Origin: Octopus sinensis
Taxonomy: Eukaryota
Length of the DNA stretch: 64,000 bases
Direction of reading: 5' to 3'
Assembly (NCBI RefSeq): GCF_006345805.1
Contig: NC_043005.1
Coordinates: 85,250,001 to 85,314,000, forward strand
The notes under the pieces were generated by a model that had not been told where the DNA came from, did no database searches, and saw only the letters and a list, made by a program, of their open reading frames with translations. The translations under genes and the position numbers were made by a program. Every line of letters starts with the position of its first letter. Within the stretch, counting starts at the first letter, position 1. Shown piece by piece: positions 37,122 through 49,653 of the stretch.

Positions 37122-37500
37122 TGGCCGATGCCGGTACCGCTTGACTAGCACCTGTGCTGGTGGCATGTAAAAAGCACCATTCAAGCATGGTCATTAACAG
37201 TGCCGCCTGACTAGCTCCCATGCTGGTGGCATGTAAAAAGCACCATTCGAGCATGGTCATTAACAGTGCCGCCTGACTAGCTCCCATGCTGGTGGTATGT
37301 AAAAAGCACCATTCGAGCATGGTCATTAACAGTGTCGCCTGACTAGCTCCCATGCTGGTGGCATGTAAAAAGCACCATTCGAGCATGGTAATTAACAGTG
37401 CCGCCTGACTAGCTCCCATGCTGGTGGCATGTAAAAGGCACCATTCAAGTATGATCATTGCCAATGGCATCTGACATCTGTTGTACTGGTGGCATGTAAC
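37122..37500 (+). repeat. 66-bp minisatellite (~5.5 units) inside a family C copy (37095-37668)
   Basis: ttaacag recurs at 37194, 37260, 37326 and 37392; the units are near-identical. Confidence 0.92.
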
Positions 37501-38130
37501 AATCACCCACTATATTATCGGTGTGGCTGGTGTTGGGAAGAGCATCCAGTCATAGAAACCTTGCCAGATCAGATTGGAGTCTGGCGCAGCCTACTAGCTT
37601 TCCATATGTCAATCAAACTGTCAAACCCATGCCAGCATGGAAATCAGACGTTAAACGATGATGATGACATGTTCATGCGTGCACACACTCATATTTACAC
37701 GTACACATGTGTATATACATAATTATACACCCTCCAGTGCCTATTGAGGTGTGCCATTGTGGGTGTATATTTGGCTTCATGTATTCTAAGTTCAATTGTT
37801 CAAGAAAATATAGAAACAAAAGGAAGTGTCTGGCATTTAACAATTAACTGTAGGAGAATAATAACCTCTTAGCTTTAATACCTATTACAAGAATGATGGA
37901 ACACACCTTTATCTTCTGGGAGTAATTACTTACCAGAAGTACAGATTCTGGCATCAAGAAACGACCACAAGAAACAAACAAATTAAAAAAGATAAAACGG
38001 AAAAGAAGAGTTGAGAAGAAAATAAATTTGTCTTTGAATATTCCCAGAACAAATCTTATAGAATGGAATTCTCATCTTAATTTACAATTGGCCCATCCAT
38101 CTTTGAAGGAAATGAATATGCCAAAGTGAG

Positions 38131-38417
38131 TAATTATTTTTGCCATGTTGCATCAAAAAAAGTATAACCGAAGCTCGTTAGAAATATAAATGTTTTCTGA
38201 AGCAATTATGATGCAAGTCAGCATACGACGTCAGTTTTGGGGGGTGAAAGTGGGGGTGGTGGATGAAGCCATCAGAGATCACTTTGTCAACACATTAGCA
38301 GAGGAGCAGAGCAGGATATATCTTGCAGATGACCAAATCGATAGAAGCAGTCACTTCAAGACATTACACACTTAAACTACTTCATATGACAAATGCTGAA
38401 ATTATAGCCATACATAC

Positions 38418-38496
<79 letters not shown>

Positions 38497-38908
38497 GTGT
38501 GTGTGTATATATATATGTATGTATATGTATATATATACATATATACAAATATATACACATATATATACATTATATATATCTATACATATGTATATATATA
38601 TAGGTGTATATATACATTTATATATATCTATACATGTGTATATAAATGTGTTTGTTGTGTGTATATCTATATTTATATCTTTCAATCTATTTATCTATCA
38701 ACATATATATATATACATGCTCGCTTACATTCATAGTGTGCTGAATTTTTCTTGAGAATAATTCTTAGTGGTTGAGACACTTGCAGATCTATCTTTAGCA
38801 TAAGAGCGTCTACATAGTGGATTCTCTCCCCATTTTTGTGTATATATATATATATATATATAATATATATATATTATATATATAGATATATATATATATA
38901 TATATATC

Positions 38909-38946
<38 letters not shown>

Positions 38947-39197
38947 ATACTGCTTCTATCGATTTGGTCATCTGCAAGATATATATTTCTTTGGTCATCT
39001 GCAAGATATATCCTGCTCTGCTCCTCTGCTAATGTGTTGACAAAATGATCTCTGATGGATTCATCCACCAACCCCACCCTCACCCCCCAAAACTGACGTC
39101 GTATGCTGACTTGCGTCATAATTGCTTCAGAAGACATTTATATTTCTAACGAGCTGCAGTTATATTTGTTTTGATGCAACATGGCAAAAATAATTAT
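38131..39197. repeat. ~220-bp inverted repeat (38131-38351 / 38949-39197) around a microsatellite-rich spacer
   Basis: ORFs 38190+ and 38874- give near-identical peptides; the right arm carries an extra ~28-bp tandem duplication. Confidence 0.88.
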
Positions 39198-39199
39198 AT

Positions 39200-40135
39200 A
39201 GTATCGAATAAATACTATAAATACTATAAATATAATTATCAATGGGAATAACTAGCGAATATCAATTTAAAAAGACAATAACTAAGTTATGCTATTAAGT
39301 TAGACATGGCCTGGACCAATCTTTAGTCGAAACATATCTAAGTTTATCAAAGTTTATCTAATTTTAATTATAAGAAATTTAGAACTACAATTAATACTAT
39401 TAATACATGTATATACAAAAGCCTAACTTTAGACACCTCGTATACTTGCTATCAAACAAAAAATCTATCGCTAAGTAATATCTTACGAATAAACTTAAAT
39501 TTAATATCTAATAATATAGAAAATTACGATAATTAAATCATAACATAAACAACGATATTTACATAAGTTTTAAATTTCTAGTGTGATAATAGAGTTTATT
39601 ATAAGTAAATTATTATATTATTTATATCTTAAAAATATTGTTTAAATATTTCTGATTATTTTAAAAATATTTCAATTAACCTGAAGATTGAGTGTAACTA
39701 TAACTCAAATTATTAATTGAATTTAAATTATTGTTATTCGAATTGGTACAGCCATGAAACGATCGTAGTGTTTTACTCTTTATCTTTTATTAAACTTTTA
39801 ATACTTTTGATATTTAAAAATAAGAATAATAAATAAATAAATTTATTAAAAAATAAAATAATATATAAATATAAAAATATACATGCATGCATATATATAT
39901 TTGTATATATATATAAAATTTATAAGTTTAAATTATTTAAGTAATTTTTTATTTTTAACTTTTATATTCTTAAATTAATTTTATGTATTGGCTTATGTTT
40001 TTCACTGTTTGATTTGCCTAATAGTGGTTTTATCTCTAATTTAATATAATATAATATAATATATTTATACTATATAATTGGATTTAATCCTAAATCTAAT
40101 TTTTCCCTGTAAGTTTGGATTTATTCCCTAATATT
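39200..40135 (+). mobile_element. Very AT-rich probable Penelope-type 3' remnant with a hammerhead-like motif at 39676-39772
   Basis: CTGAAGA (39681) ... GAAAC-GATC-GTA with palindromic ACGATCGT stem III; long, poorly paired stem II; upstream coding signal is too decayed to read. Confidence 0.4.
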
Positions 40136-40718
40136 ATATATATATATATATTATATTATATATAAAAGCTTTCCGTGTGTCTTGCAACTTAGCAATAGGC
40201 ATTGACGCTGTCTGTTACCCAAGGTATGTTCTTTTTGTTTGTTTGTTTGTGCACATGCGTGTGGGTCAGTGTGCATGTGCATGAACATATGTATGTATGT
40301 ATGCATGTATGTGTGTGTGTGTGCATCTATATGTTTGTGTATGCATATATATATGTATGTGTGTGCATTTGTATGTATTCTGCATATTAATATGTTTGAG
40401 TTTGTTTGTGTGTTTGTATATGTGTGTGTGTGTGTGTACATGTGTGTGCATACCTCCGTGTCCTTGAGTGTGCATGTCTGAGTGTGTCTGTGTATGGGTT
40501 TTTATGACTATGCACGTGCATCTGTTATATATGAATGTGTGTCGCCATATGTGTTGTGTGAAAGGAAGTGTGTTTGTGTGTGTATGGTCATGTGTTTCAG
40601 TCTTCATTTGCGTATTCATGTGTGTATGTGTGCTTGTCTGTTCATATTACCTATGTACCTATCTATCTGTAGTCTATCTGTTTACACTCATATCCATTTA
40701 CCTACATATATATGCATA

Positions 40719-40817
<99 letters not shown>

Positions 40818-41006
40818 GAGCGTATTTTTACCTTGTTAACAATTAACACGGAAAAATAAATAAATAGTTACCAGGGCAGCAAAAATCTCACAAGTAAAGG
40901 TGTTGTAACTCCTTGTTTATAAAGGTAGAAACTTCGTGTTTACGTTGAATATTTTGAATAATATGAATAAAAAATGGAGTTAACGCAGGTGTAAACAAAT
41001 ATTTTT

Positions 41007-41092
41007 ACTTTCGACACATGTTTCGAAAATTCCACTGATACTATTCAAAAAGATAAATGGTATAAACAATGCAATCTTCTCCTCAGGAAAGT
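41007..41092 (-). ncRNA. Type-I hammerhead ribozyme in the Penelope pLTR
   Basis: ACTTTC-CTGAGGA-GAAGATTGCATTG...CAGTGGAATTTTC-GAAAC-ATGT-GTC-GAAAGT: 6-bp stem I, ~13-bp stem II, intact core, GUC site. Confidence 0.85.
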
Positions 41093-41343
41093 GAAAAGAC
41101 GAAACTCGTCAATAAAACATTTTAGCAAAAAATGATGGATTTGTATAGCGATAGACAGAACGCTATTAATATTCTTTAAAAAAAGGTTACATGATATAAC
41201 GTCATAAGTAGCTAACAGAAAGAGTAGGGATATTAATAGTGAATGTTAAATATAAAGGAAATTAAAGTTTAATTTATATATAATGATAGAGACTACTTAT
41301 ATGCACTAAATGTATGTTTTTGCCAATGCTTACATCTGTATGC

Positions 41344-42300
41344 TCACTCTATAACCGTGTTTACTAGAGTATTTTTAGAAAAAATAATGAAAAATAGCTC
41401 AGAATTGCAGAGAAGACAGAATTTCTTGCCTTTGTCATATGGTATCGAAATTGAGAGGATCAACCATTCTAAATGAAATTGTTCATTGTGGTCTTTTAAA
41501 TCCCAAATCAGTTTGCTGAGACCGGTACTATTCCGTTTATTTCTATCCCTAAATGTTGAGTAATGGATAGAAATTCTTTTAGATAACTCTAACGATGTGC
41601 TTCCAATGTAAAATCGTACTTTATTACGAGTAGTGATTATACACTGGTATAGAGAATTTTTAATCTTAGAGTTACTTGACATAAATTTAATTCTATTGGA
41701 ATTGACTTCAGATACAATAACCTTGTTATTAATATTTCTAGAGGTTGGATGGTATTAGCTAAATTAATGTTAGTATTAGTAAATGTATTAATATTTAACA
41801 GTTTGTTATTATGAGAAGATATAATTTGCAAGAGATTTTTTGTGTTTGAAAAACCTATCCTAACCTTATGTGAATTAATTATAGAGTAATGTCTAGAATT
41901 GTTTGGAAAATTCCTAGCAATAGCTTGACGAAACAGCAGTGGGAGATTAGATTTAATTTGTCTCCCGTAAGGAATTATTAACCAAATATTTTTACTAGTA
42001 TTCATAGCGTAATTACTTTTGAAGGTTTTATATTTACTTTTGGATCGATAATAGGGGATAAAATAAGGGTTATCTGCCTTCATTCGCTTTGTATCGGTGC
42101 GTAAGTTATGTTTGTTATCAATAATTCTTTTACGACTAGAAATCTTATCTACATTATTGAATTTACAATTAGACTGAGCAGAATCAACGTAGGAATTTTT
42201 TTTCTGTATAACCTGCTTTGATTAAGGCAGAGTTATAGAATTCAGCGTTATTGTTGAAAATATCAACATTAGCAGATAATTTAGATAATCTAAATGAAAT
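41344..42300 (-). pseudogene. Penelope ORF 3' part: RT thumb, linker and GIY-YIG endonuclease (frameshifted)
   Basis: ISFRLSKLSANVDIFNNNAEFYNSALIKAGY; KNIWLIIPYG...NFPNNSRHYSIINSHKVRIGFS...IISSHNNKLL; SLYQC...FYIGST...KRISIH...TGLSKLIWDLK...PYDKGKKFCLLCNSE. Confidence 0.88.
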
Positions 42301-42766
42301 ATTCTTAGGGATAGAAATAAACGGAATAGTACCGGTCTCAGCAAACTGATTTGGGATTTAAAAGACCACAATGAACAATTTCATTTAGAATGGTTGATCC
42401 TCTCAATTTCGATACCATATGACAAAGGCAAGAAATTCTGTCTTCTCTGCAATTCTGAGCTATTTTTCATTATTTTTTCTAAAAATACTCGAGTAAACAC
42501 GGTTATAGAACGAGCATACAGATGTAAGCATTGGCAGAAACATACATTTAGTGCATATAAGTAGCCTGTATCATTATATATAAATTAAACTTTAATTTCC
42601 TTTATATTTAACATTCACTATTAATATCCCTACTCTTTCTGTTAGCTACTTATGACGTTATATCATATAACCTTTTTTTTAAACAATATTAATAGTGTTC
42701 TGTCTATCGCTATACAAATCCATCATTTTTTGCTAAAATGTCGTACTGACGAGTTTCGTTTTTTTC

Positions 42767-42853
42767 ACTTTCCTGAGGAGAAGATTTGCATTGTTTATAC
42801 CATTTATCTTTTTGAATAGTATCAGTGGAATTTTCGAAACATGTGTCGAAAGT
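42767..42853 (+). ncRNA. Type-I hammerhead ribozyme in the inverted pLTR copy
   Basis: Same motif on the plus strand, with a 1-nt insertion in stem II. Confidence 0.82.
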
Positions 42854-43052
42854 AAAAATATTTGTTTACACCTGCGTTAACTCCATTTTTTATTCATATA
42901 TATATATATGTATATATATATATGCATATATATAAGTATATATATATATATATATAGATTATAGATATATATGTGTATATATATAGAGTTTATAGATATA
43001 TATGTGTATATATATATAGATTGTATATACATATATAGATTATATATATATA

Positions 43053-43103
<51 letters not shown>

Positions 43104-43143
43104 TATATATATACCACTACATTCACAAAATTTCATTCTCACC

Positions 43144-43177
<34 letters not shown>

Positions 43178-43258
43178 TACATATTGTTGTTCCCCTATCG
43201 TGGTTTATTATTTATAACCTATAATAGTTGAGGGATTACTCTATGTGTGTGTGTATAT

Positions 43259-43310
<52 letters not shown>

Positions 43311-43378
43311 CATAATAAAAAGAGACAACAAAGCGAAGGCTGCATGGAATTTTCAGGACACTGATAAAGAGAAAGTTA

Positions 43379-43426
43379 GTCTTATATCTGTTTCTGGGAT
43401 ATTAGGGATATCCCTTCATCAGAGAC
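43379..43426 (-). ncRNA. Degenerate minimal hammerhead motif in another pLTR-like repeat (~43320-43960)
   Basis: gtct-CTGATGA-a-GGGATAT-cccta-ATATCCC-a-GAAAC-agat-ATA-agac: 7-bp stem II, 4-bp stem I, mutated stem III. Confidence 0.6.
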
Positions 43427-44235
43427 GATGTGAGATCGTTAAATAGTGGTTAATAGCAGAGTTCAATATAAGGAGTTATTTTCGAAATGATGGAAATAAG
43501 AAGCAGAAAGGGAAATAAGAAATAGATATATGTGTAGGATGTTATAGTTGTAGTTCTATTATCCAAGGAAAGTGTTGTGTAGAAGTGGTAGAAATGCTTC
43601 TTGTCTGACAGGAGTTCATATTCTGATAGAAGTTCATATTTTGTCATTACAAATGGAAAGTGTGGAGATGTAAATTCCAAGTGCTCTTCATTCAAAGGAG
43701 TCTTGTGGTTAGAATGAAATTTTGTGAATGTAGTGGTAGTATTAAGTATATAGAGAGGAGAGAAAAGATGTGCATGTTTAAATGAGGAGAATGGTCAAAA
43801 GGAGTAGGTGAGGAAAGAAGAAAGACAGAGGAAAGAAAACGTAAACAGGAATGTTAGTTGGTGGTCAAAATATTACGAGGGGTATGGGAGAGGAGTAGGG
43901 GAGGGATAGGAAGAGATAAGAATGTAAGGAATGAATATTTGTGGGAGGTGGGGTGATATGTTTGAAAGGCACAAAGGTAGAAGTAATGACATCAATAATA
44001 ATTCTAACTACTATCAGCCAATTTTCGCAGGCTTATTTTAGGAAAAATAATATATGTAGTGAAATGCAGACCCCCTAGCTGAATATATCACACTTTCGGC
44101 ACCCACCCCATTTCTATGTCACTGTATAACTATATCTTGCTCTGCTGGTAAAATTTCCATGAATGAGAATCATGAAAATTTAGGCTCATACCCTTTGGTA
44201 AGCTTTTATACCTAAAAATACAATGCATCGCAGAG

Positions 44236-44402
44236 CAGTGGTTTCCAACTTTTTCACTATCAAGGACCCCTTTTATTTAAATGAGTTTTTCCATGGACCC
44301 CGGAATATTATTGAAAGGTCTGTCAGCTTTATATGCTGATGTACCCCAGTACTACATTTGAGGATCACCAGGGATCCACAGACCACAGGCTGGGAATGAC
44401 TG
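44236..44402. mobile_element. hAT (Charlie-like) MITE
   Basis: Ends cagtggtttccaac / gctgggaatgactg; imperfect 8-bp TSD tcgcagag / tcatagag. Confidence 0.65.
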
Positions 44403-45195
44403 TCATAGAGTTACCAAGGAAACTTCAACCTAAAGATATATATGTGCGTATATATACATATATATATATATATATATCTTTTATTCTTTGTCTTTTACTT
44501 GTTTCAGATACTAGACTGCGGCCATGCTGGGGCACTGCTTGAAGAGTTTTTAGTCAAATGAATCGACCCCAATACATTTTTTTAGAGCTTGATATTTATT
44601 CAATCAAACTCTTTTGCCAAACAACTAAGATACAGGGATGTAAATACACCAACACCAGATGTCAGTCAATGGTATGGTACGAACACAACACAAAGCACAC
44701 ATATACTGGGCTTCTTTCAGTTTCCCTTAATTGGGCTTCTTTCAGTTTCCCTTAATCAAATCCACTTACAAGGTTCTGGTCGGTATAAAGCTATAGTAGA
44801 AGACACTTGCCCAAGGTACCATACAGTGGGACTAAACCCAGAACCCAGAGTTTAGATCATAAGTTGATAAAAGATCAGTTGAGGAATGTTAGTTCGAATT
44901 ATAGGTGTTAAGCATAGCTGGTCATTGTAGGTAGAATCGTAAGCCGGATGAGAAGAAAGGAAGAAGATATGCAAATAGTCTCTTACAGCTGTTTCAAAAA
45001 CAGATTTACTGAGGGTGCATTTCCCTGAAAATGATTGGCAGCTAACATTGTTTTGCAATTATTTGCAGGAAAATGTCATGATCTCATCTGAAACCATTGT
45101 TTGTCTATTTATATTCATATTCTATTCTATATATAGAATATTCGTTTTTGGAATTGGTTTGCAAGATTCTTTATATGAGTTCGTGTGTTGAAACA

Positions 45196-45445
45196 TATAC
45201 TGTTGTGTCTGGGAAGAGTCATTTTCTTTTTGTGCCTTATAATATAACACACTCACCGGTAAAATTTCCACTTTTTTCTTATTTTCATTTTCCTAAAATT
45301 TTTGTTGCGTCTTGCAACCTTTCCAATAGTTTTGACTATTGAAAAAGGTTGCAAGACGCAACGAAAAAGTGGAAATTTTACCGGTGAGTATGTTGTTATA
45401 TTATAAGGCACAAAAAAAATGACTCTCCCCAGACACAACAGTATA
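45196..45445. repeat. ~250-bp fold-back palindrome with a 4-nt loop
   Basis: Centre caatagt-tttg-actattg (45331-34); the arms match except for a ~27-bp deletion in the right arm. Confidence 0.88.
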
Positions 45446-46231
45446 TATATATATATATATATAAAATCATCATCATCATTATCATCATCATCATCTTCAT
45501 CATCATCGTCTTCCTCATCATCATCATTATCATCCTTCTCATCATCATGATCATCATGACCCTCCTCCTCCTCATCATCATAATCATCAACATCATTATC
45601 ATCATCTTCATCACCATTTGACGCCTGATTTCCATGCTGATGTGTTTATATCCTCATAACTTAGCAGTTCAGCAAAAGTGACTGATAGAATAAGTACTAG
45701 GCTTACAAAGAATAAGTCCTGGGAATGATTCGTTCGACTAAAGGCAGTGCTCCAGCATGGCCACAGTCAAATGACCGAAACAAATAAAAGAAAAAAGAAA
45801 AAGAAAAGAAAAGATGCATACGAACTGTGTAACTATGAATCTGTGAGAAAAAAACCATAAAACTATGTTATAGATTATTTCACACAATGGAACATCTGAC
45901 GGTTTTACTTATTTATTAAGAGGATATGTATTGAACACTTAATATAACCTGAAAGCTGACAGATTAACGATATTAAGTGATTAATAACAAATTCCAATTA
46001 GATTCGTTAAACATTTCTGTAATCAAACTGTTTTCATTCATCGTCACCATTTTTTTTTCTCTTTGGAAACTTGACAGTGTTCAAACATGGTGAGTCTTAT
46101 TTCTGTGTATTTCTTGAGGAACGAATTATCTTTGAGTTTATATAGTGACTCTAGAAGCTGAAGTATTCCAAGGAAGACATGTCCATATGGTTTAAATATT
46201 TATTCAAGGTACACAGAGCATGCTTAGATGG

Positions 46232-46714
46232 TTACTCTTTTACTTGTTTCGGTCATTTGACTGTGGCCATGCTGGAGCACCGCCTTTAGTCGAGCAAATC
46301 GACCCCAGGACTTATTCTTTGTAAGCCTAGTACTTGTTATATCGGTCTATTTGGCTGAACCGCTAAGTTACGGGGACGTAAACACACCAGCATTGGCGTG
46401 TTGGGGGGGGGCAAACAAGACACACAAACACACACACACCACACACACACACACACATATATATATATAATATATATATATATATTATATATATATATAT
46501 ATTATATATATATATATATTATATATATATACATATATATATATATACATACATATATACGACGGCTTCTTTCAGTTTCCGTCTACCAAATCCACTCACA
46601 AGTCTTTGGTCGGCCCGAGGCTATAGCAAGACACTTGCCCAAGGTGCCACGCAGTGGGACTGAACCCGGGACCATGTGGTTGGTAAAGAAGCTACTTACC
46701 ACACAGCCACTCCT
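46232..46714 (-). mobile_element. SINE family A, full length
   Basis: Tail tactcttttacttgtttc to head cacagccactcctg, with an expanded internal (CA)/(TA) tract. Confidence 0.88.
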
Positions 46715-47271
46715 GTCATTTAAATTAATCACAAATCATATCTGACCTTTTAAAGGGGTAAGTGTACATAATAACAATGGACTTGACCATTGAAGCTTTT
46801 GTATGAGGGTTCAGGTTTCGCTGAATGACCTGTGCAGACGATTTGTTTATAGGGGTCAAATGTATGAGCCATACATTCGCTCGCTCCCTCCATCAGATTG
46901 GTGTCACCTGAATAGGTGCAACAGGTGTGCCATGTGTCAGGAGTCGAAGTGATTGCAGTTCAATGTTAAAAAGAGTGTTTTGCTCAAGAACACAATGCAC
47001 CACCTGGTCTAGGAATTGAAACCATGATCTCGAGATCGTGGGTAGAAATCCCTAACCATCAAGCCATGCATCGTCATATAATAATAATGATAATAATAAT
47101 TATTATTTCTAATTTAGGCACAAGGCCTTGAAAATGTTGGGGGAAAGGGGCTAGTCGATTACATCGACCCCAGTGCATGACTGGTACTTATTTCATTGAC
47201 CCTGAATGGATGAAAAGCAAAGTCAACCTTGGCAGAATTTGAACTCAGAATTTGCCTTAACGACAATATAA

Positions 47272-47316
<45 letters not shown>

Positions 47317-47350
47317 CAGCAGCAGCAGTAGTAGTAGTAGCAATAGTAGT

Positions 47351-47410
<60 letters not shown>

Positions 47411-47624
47411 CCTTTCTACTAAAGGCACAAGGTCTGAAATTTCAGATAAGGGGGTTAAGTCAATTGCATTGACCTCAGTGCACAACTGGTACTTATTTTA
47501 TTAACCCCAAAAAGATGAAGGGCAAAGTTGACTTTGACAGAATTTGAACTTGGAATGTAAAGACAGACAAAATGCCACTTAGCATTTTCTCCACTGTGCG
47601 AACGATTCTGCCAGCTTATCACTA

Positions 47625-48310
47625 CAAATTCAAGGGTCAAGTCTAAGAAAGGGCAAGTGTCTCCATTGTTTGAAATCTGTTACAGAGTTGATGAAAGCAT
47701 TGCTCATATTGTGAGTGAATGGCCGAGATTTGCTCAAAACCATTAAAAGCTGTAACCTGGACCTAGTGATGGTGGGTAAGGTGAACAACATGTGATGTAT
47801 AACTGATTTTGTGTGTCCCTTTGACCAATGAATAGTGAAGAAGGACGGGGAGAAATAGACATGTATAACCTTCTTAAATACGAGATATTGGCCTTCTTCA
47901 GTAAGCCACATGATATGGCCTTCCTTGGCCTTGTCAATGGGAGATACCTAAAGCTGTCATCATAAATATCAAGTAGGCTTGTTAAAAATTAATCAATAGT
48001 GTCTTTTAAGTGGGTATAAATGCTATAAGATTTTATCTTTTTGCCAGGAATATAGAGAAAATGCAAGAAAAAAAAAATCCTAGTTCTGAAGAATAGGAAA
48101 TTGGTATGAATAGAAAACTCATCTTTCCTGATTCTGACCATATTTGTAAAGTCAATGTACAGTAATAGGTGAAGTATTTGATGAAAAATCAGTTGTAGAT
48201 AGTCTATATGTGTGCGTGTGTGATGCGTGTCTTTGAATAGTTTTCCGAATAGAATTGTCTCGGCAGGGAACAACTGTGTGGGTCCTGTTGCAGTTTTAAT
48301 AGATTTTGGG
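47625..48310 (-). pseudogene. Highly decayed CR1/L2/Jockey-like LINE RT 3' fragment
   Basis: Scattered motifs (KARKAI..GLL, RRLY, CCSPYP, FEQI) across frames; weak. A similar weak remnant (FPRVITRIWNK) is on + at 55950-56360. Confidence 0.35.
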
Positions 48311-48387
48311 GAGTAGCAGACATGCAACAATATACATAAAAAAACATAATTCTGATGTATCACTAGAAACCCCAGATAATTACACAC

Positions 48388-48436
<49 letters not shown>

Positions 48437-48620
48437 CACACACACACATATATATGTATATATATATATAACACTTTCACTTGCAATTATATAAATATCT
48501 ATAAATACAAAATCACTCTCTCTCTGTAACAATCTATCTATCTACACACACACACGTAGATTTATGTACATACAACAGACCATTCTACAACATACATGAT
48601 AAATATATAGGCACATATAT

Positions 48621-48945
48621 TAAAGACTCCGCCGGTTACGACGACGAGGGTCCCAGCTGATACGATCAGCGGAACAGCTTGCTCGTGAAATTAACGTGCA
48701 AATGGCTGAGCATTCCACAGACACGTGTACCCTTAACGTAGTTCTCGGAGATAATCAGCGTGACACAGAGAGTGACAAGGCTGACCCTTTGAAATACAAG
48801 TACAACTCATTTTTGCCAGCTGAGTGGACTGGAGCAACGTGAAATAAAGTGTCTTGCTCAAGGACACAACGCGTCGCCGGGAATCGAACTCACAACCTTA
48901 CGATCATGAGCCGAATGCCCTAACCACTAAGCCACGCGCCCTCAC
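48621..48945 (-). mobile_element. SINE family D, young full-length copy with 12-bp TSD
   Basis: Intact A-box TGGCTTAGTGG and B-box GAGTTCGATTCC; CpGs retained; TSD aggcacatatat at 48609 and 48946. Confidence 0.92.
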
Positions 48946-49653
48946 AGGCACATATATATATATATATAGAACAGTATACATATATGCAAATATAAATACA
49001 TCATCATCATTTAACGTCTGTTTTCTATGTATATATAGATATATACCTGTATATCTATCTGTGTGTGTGCATATTTAAATATATATATATTGGTGTATGT
49101 ACATCTTTAAAAATACACACACACCACACACATTGGATTATATTTCACCATAATGTGTCATCTAATTTTCTCCCAACCAAACCGTGTGAACTGACTATGG
49201 AGTTTGCAGAACACTTTCTTTTTCCTCTGAAGAAATGGTTAAATCAATTATTGATAAACAAATCTTCTTATAAGTTTTCTATAATTTCACATTTATTTGT
49301 ATTTTTTTTATTGTCTCTTTAACAGATTCTTTTTTCATCATCATTTTCTGGACTTACCATGGGGTTGACATAAAGGTTGTGTGAATATATATGTGTGTGT
49401 GTGTGTATGTATTTGTGTGTGTAGGTGCAGGAGTGGCTGTGGTAAGTAGCTTGCTTACCAAACCACATGGTTCTGGGTTCAGTCCCACTGCGTGGCACCT
49501 TGGGTAAGTGTATTTTACTATAGCTTCAGGCTGACCAAAGCCTTGTGAGTGGATTTGGTAGACGGAAACTGAAAGACGCCTGTCATATATATGTATATAT
49601 ATATGTATGTGTATATATTTGTGTGTCTGTGTTTGTCCCCCCTGCCACATGAT

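Larger units (their letters stand above)
40811..42899 (-). mobile_element. 5'-truncated Penelope-like element with inverted pLTR
   Basis: Minus-strand body about 42304 to 40811; 42305-42899 is a near-identical reverse complement of 40961-41552; flanked by (TA)n. Confidence 0.9.

Noticed and set aside
37122-37500. CRISPR-like regularly spaced array (also 4081-4290, 52330-52590, 60290-60450)
   Set aside because: Whole units are near-identical with no unique spacers, there are no cas genes and the context is eukaryotic; it is a minisatellite in a retroelement UTR.
48870-48945. Possible tRNA gene (also 21980-22053 and 17707-17775)
   Set aside because: A/B boxes are present, but the acceptor stem is not closed and the sequence continues into a SINE body, with a TSD at 48621-48945 and 21742-22053.
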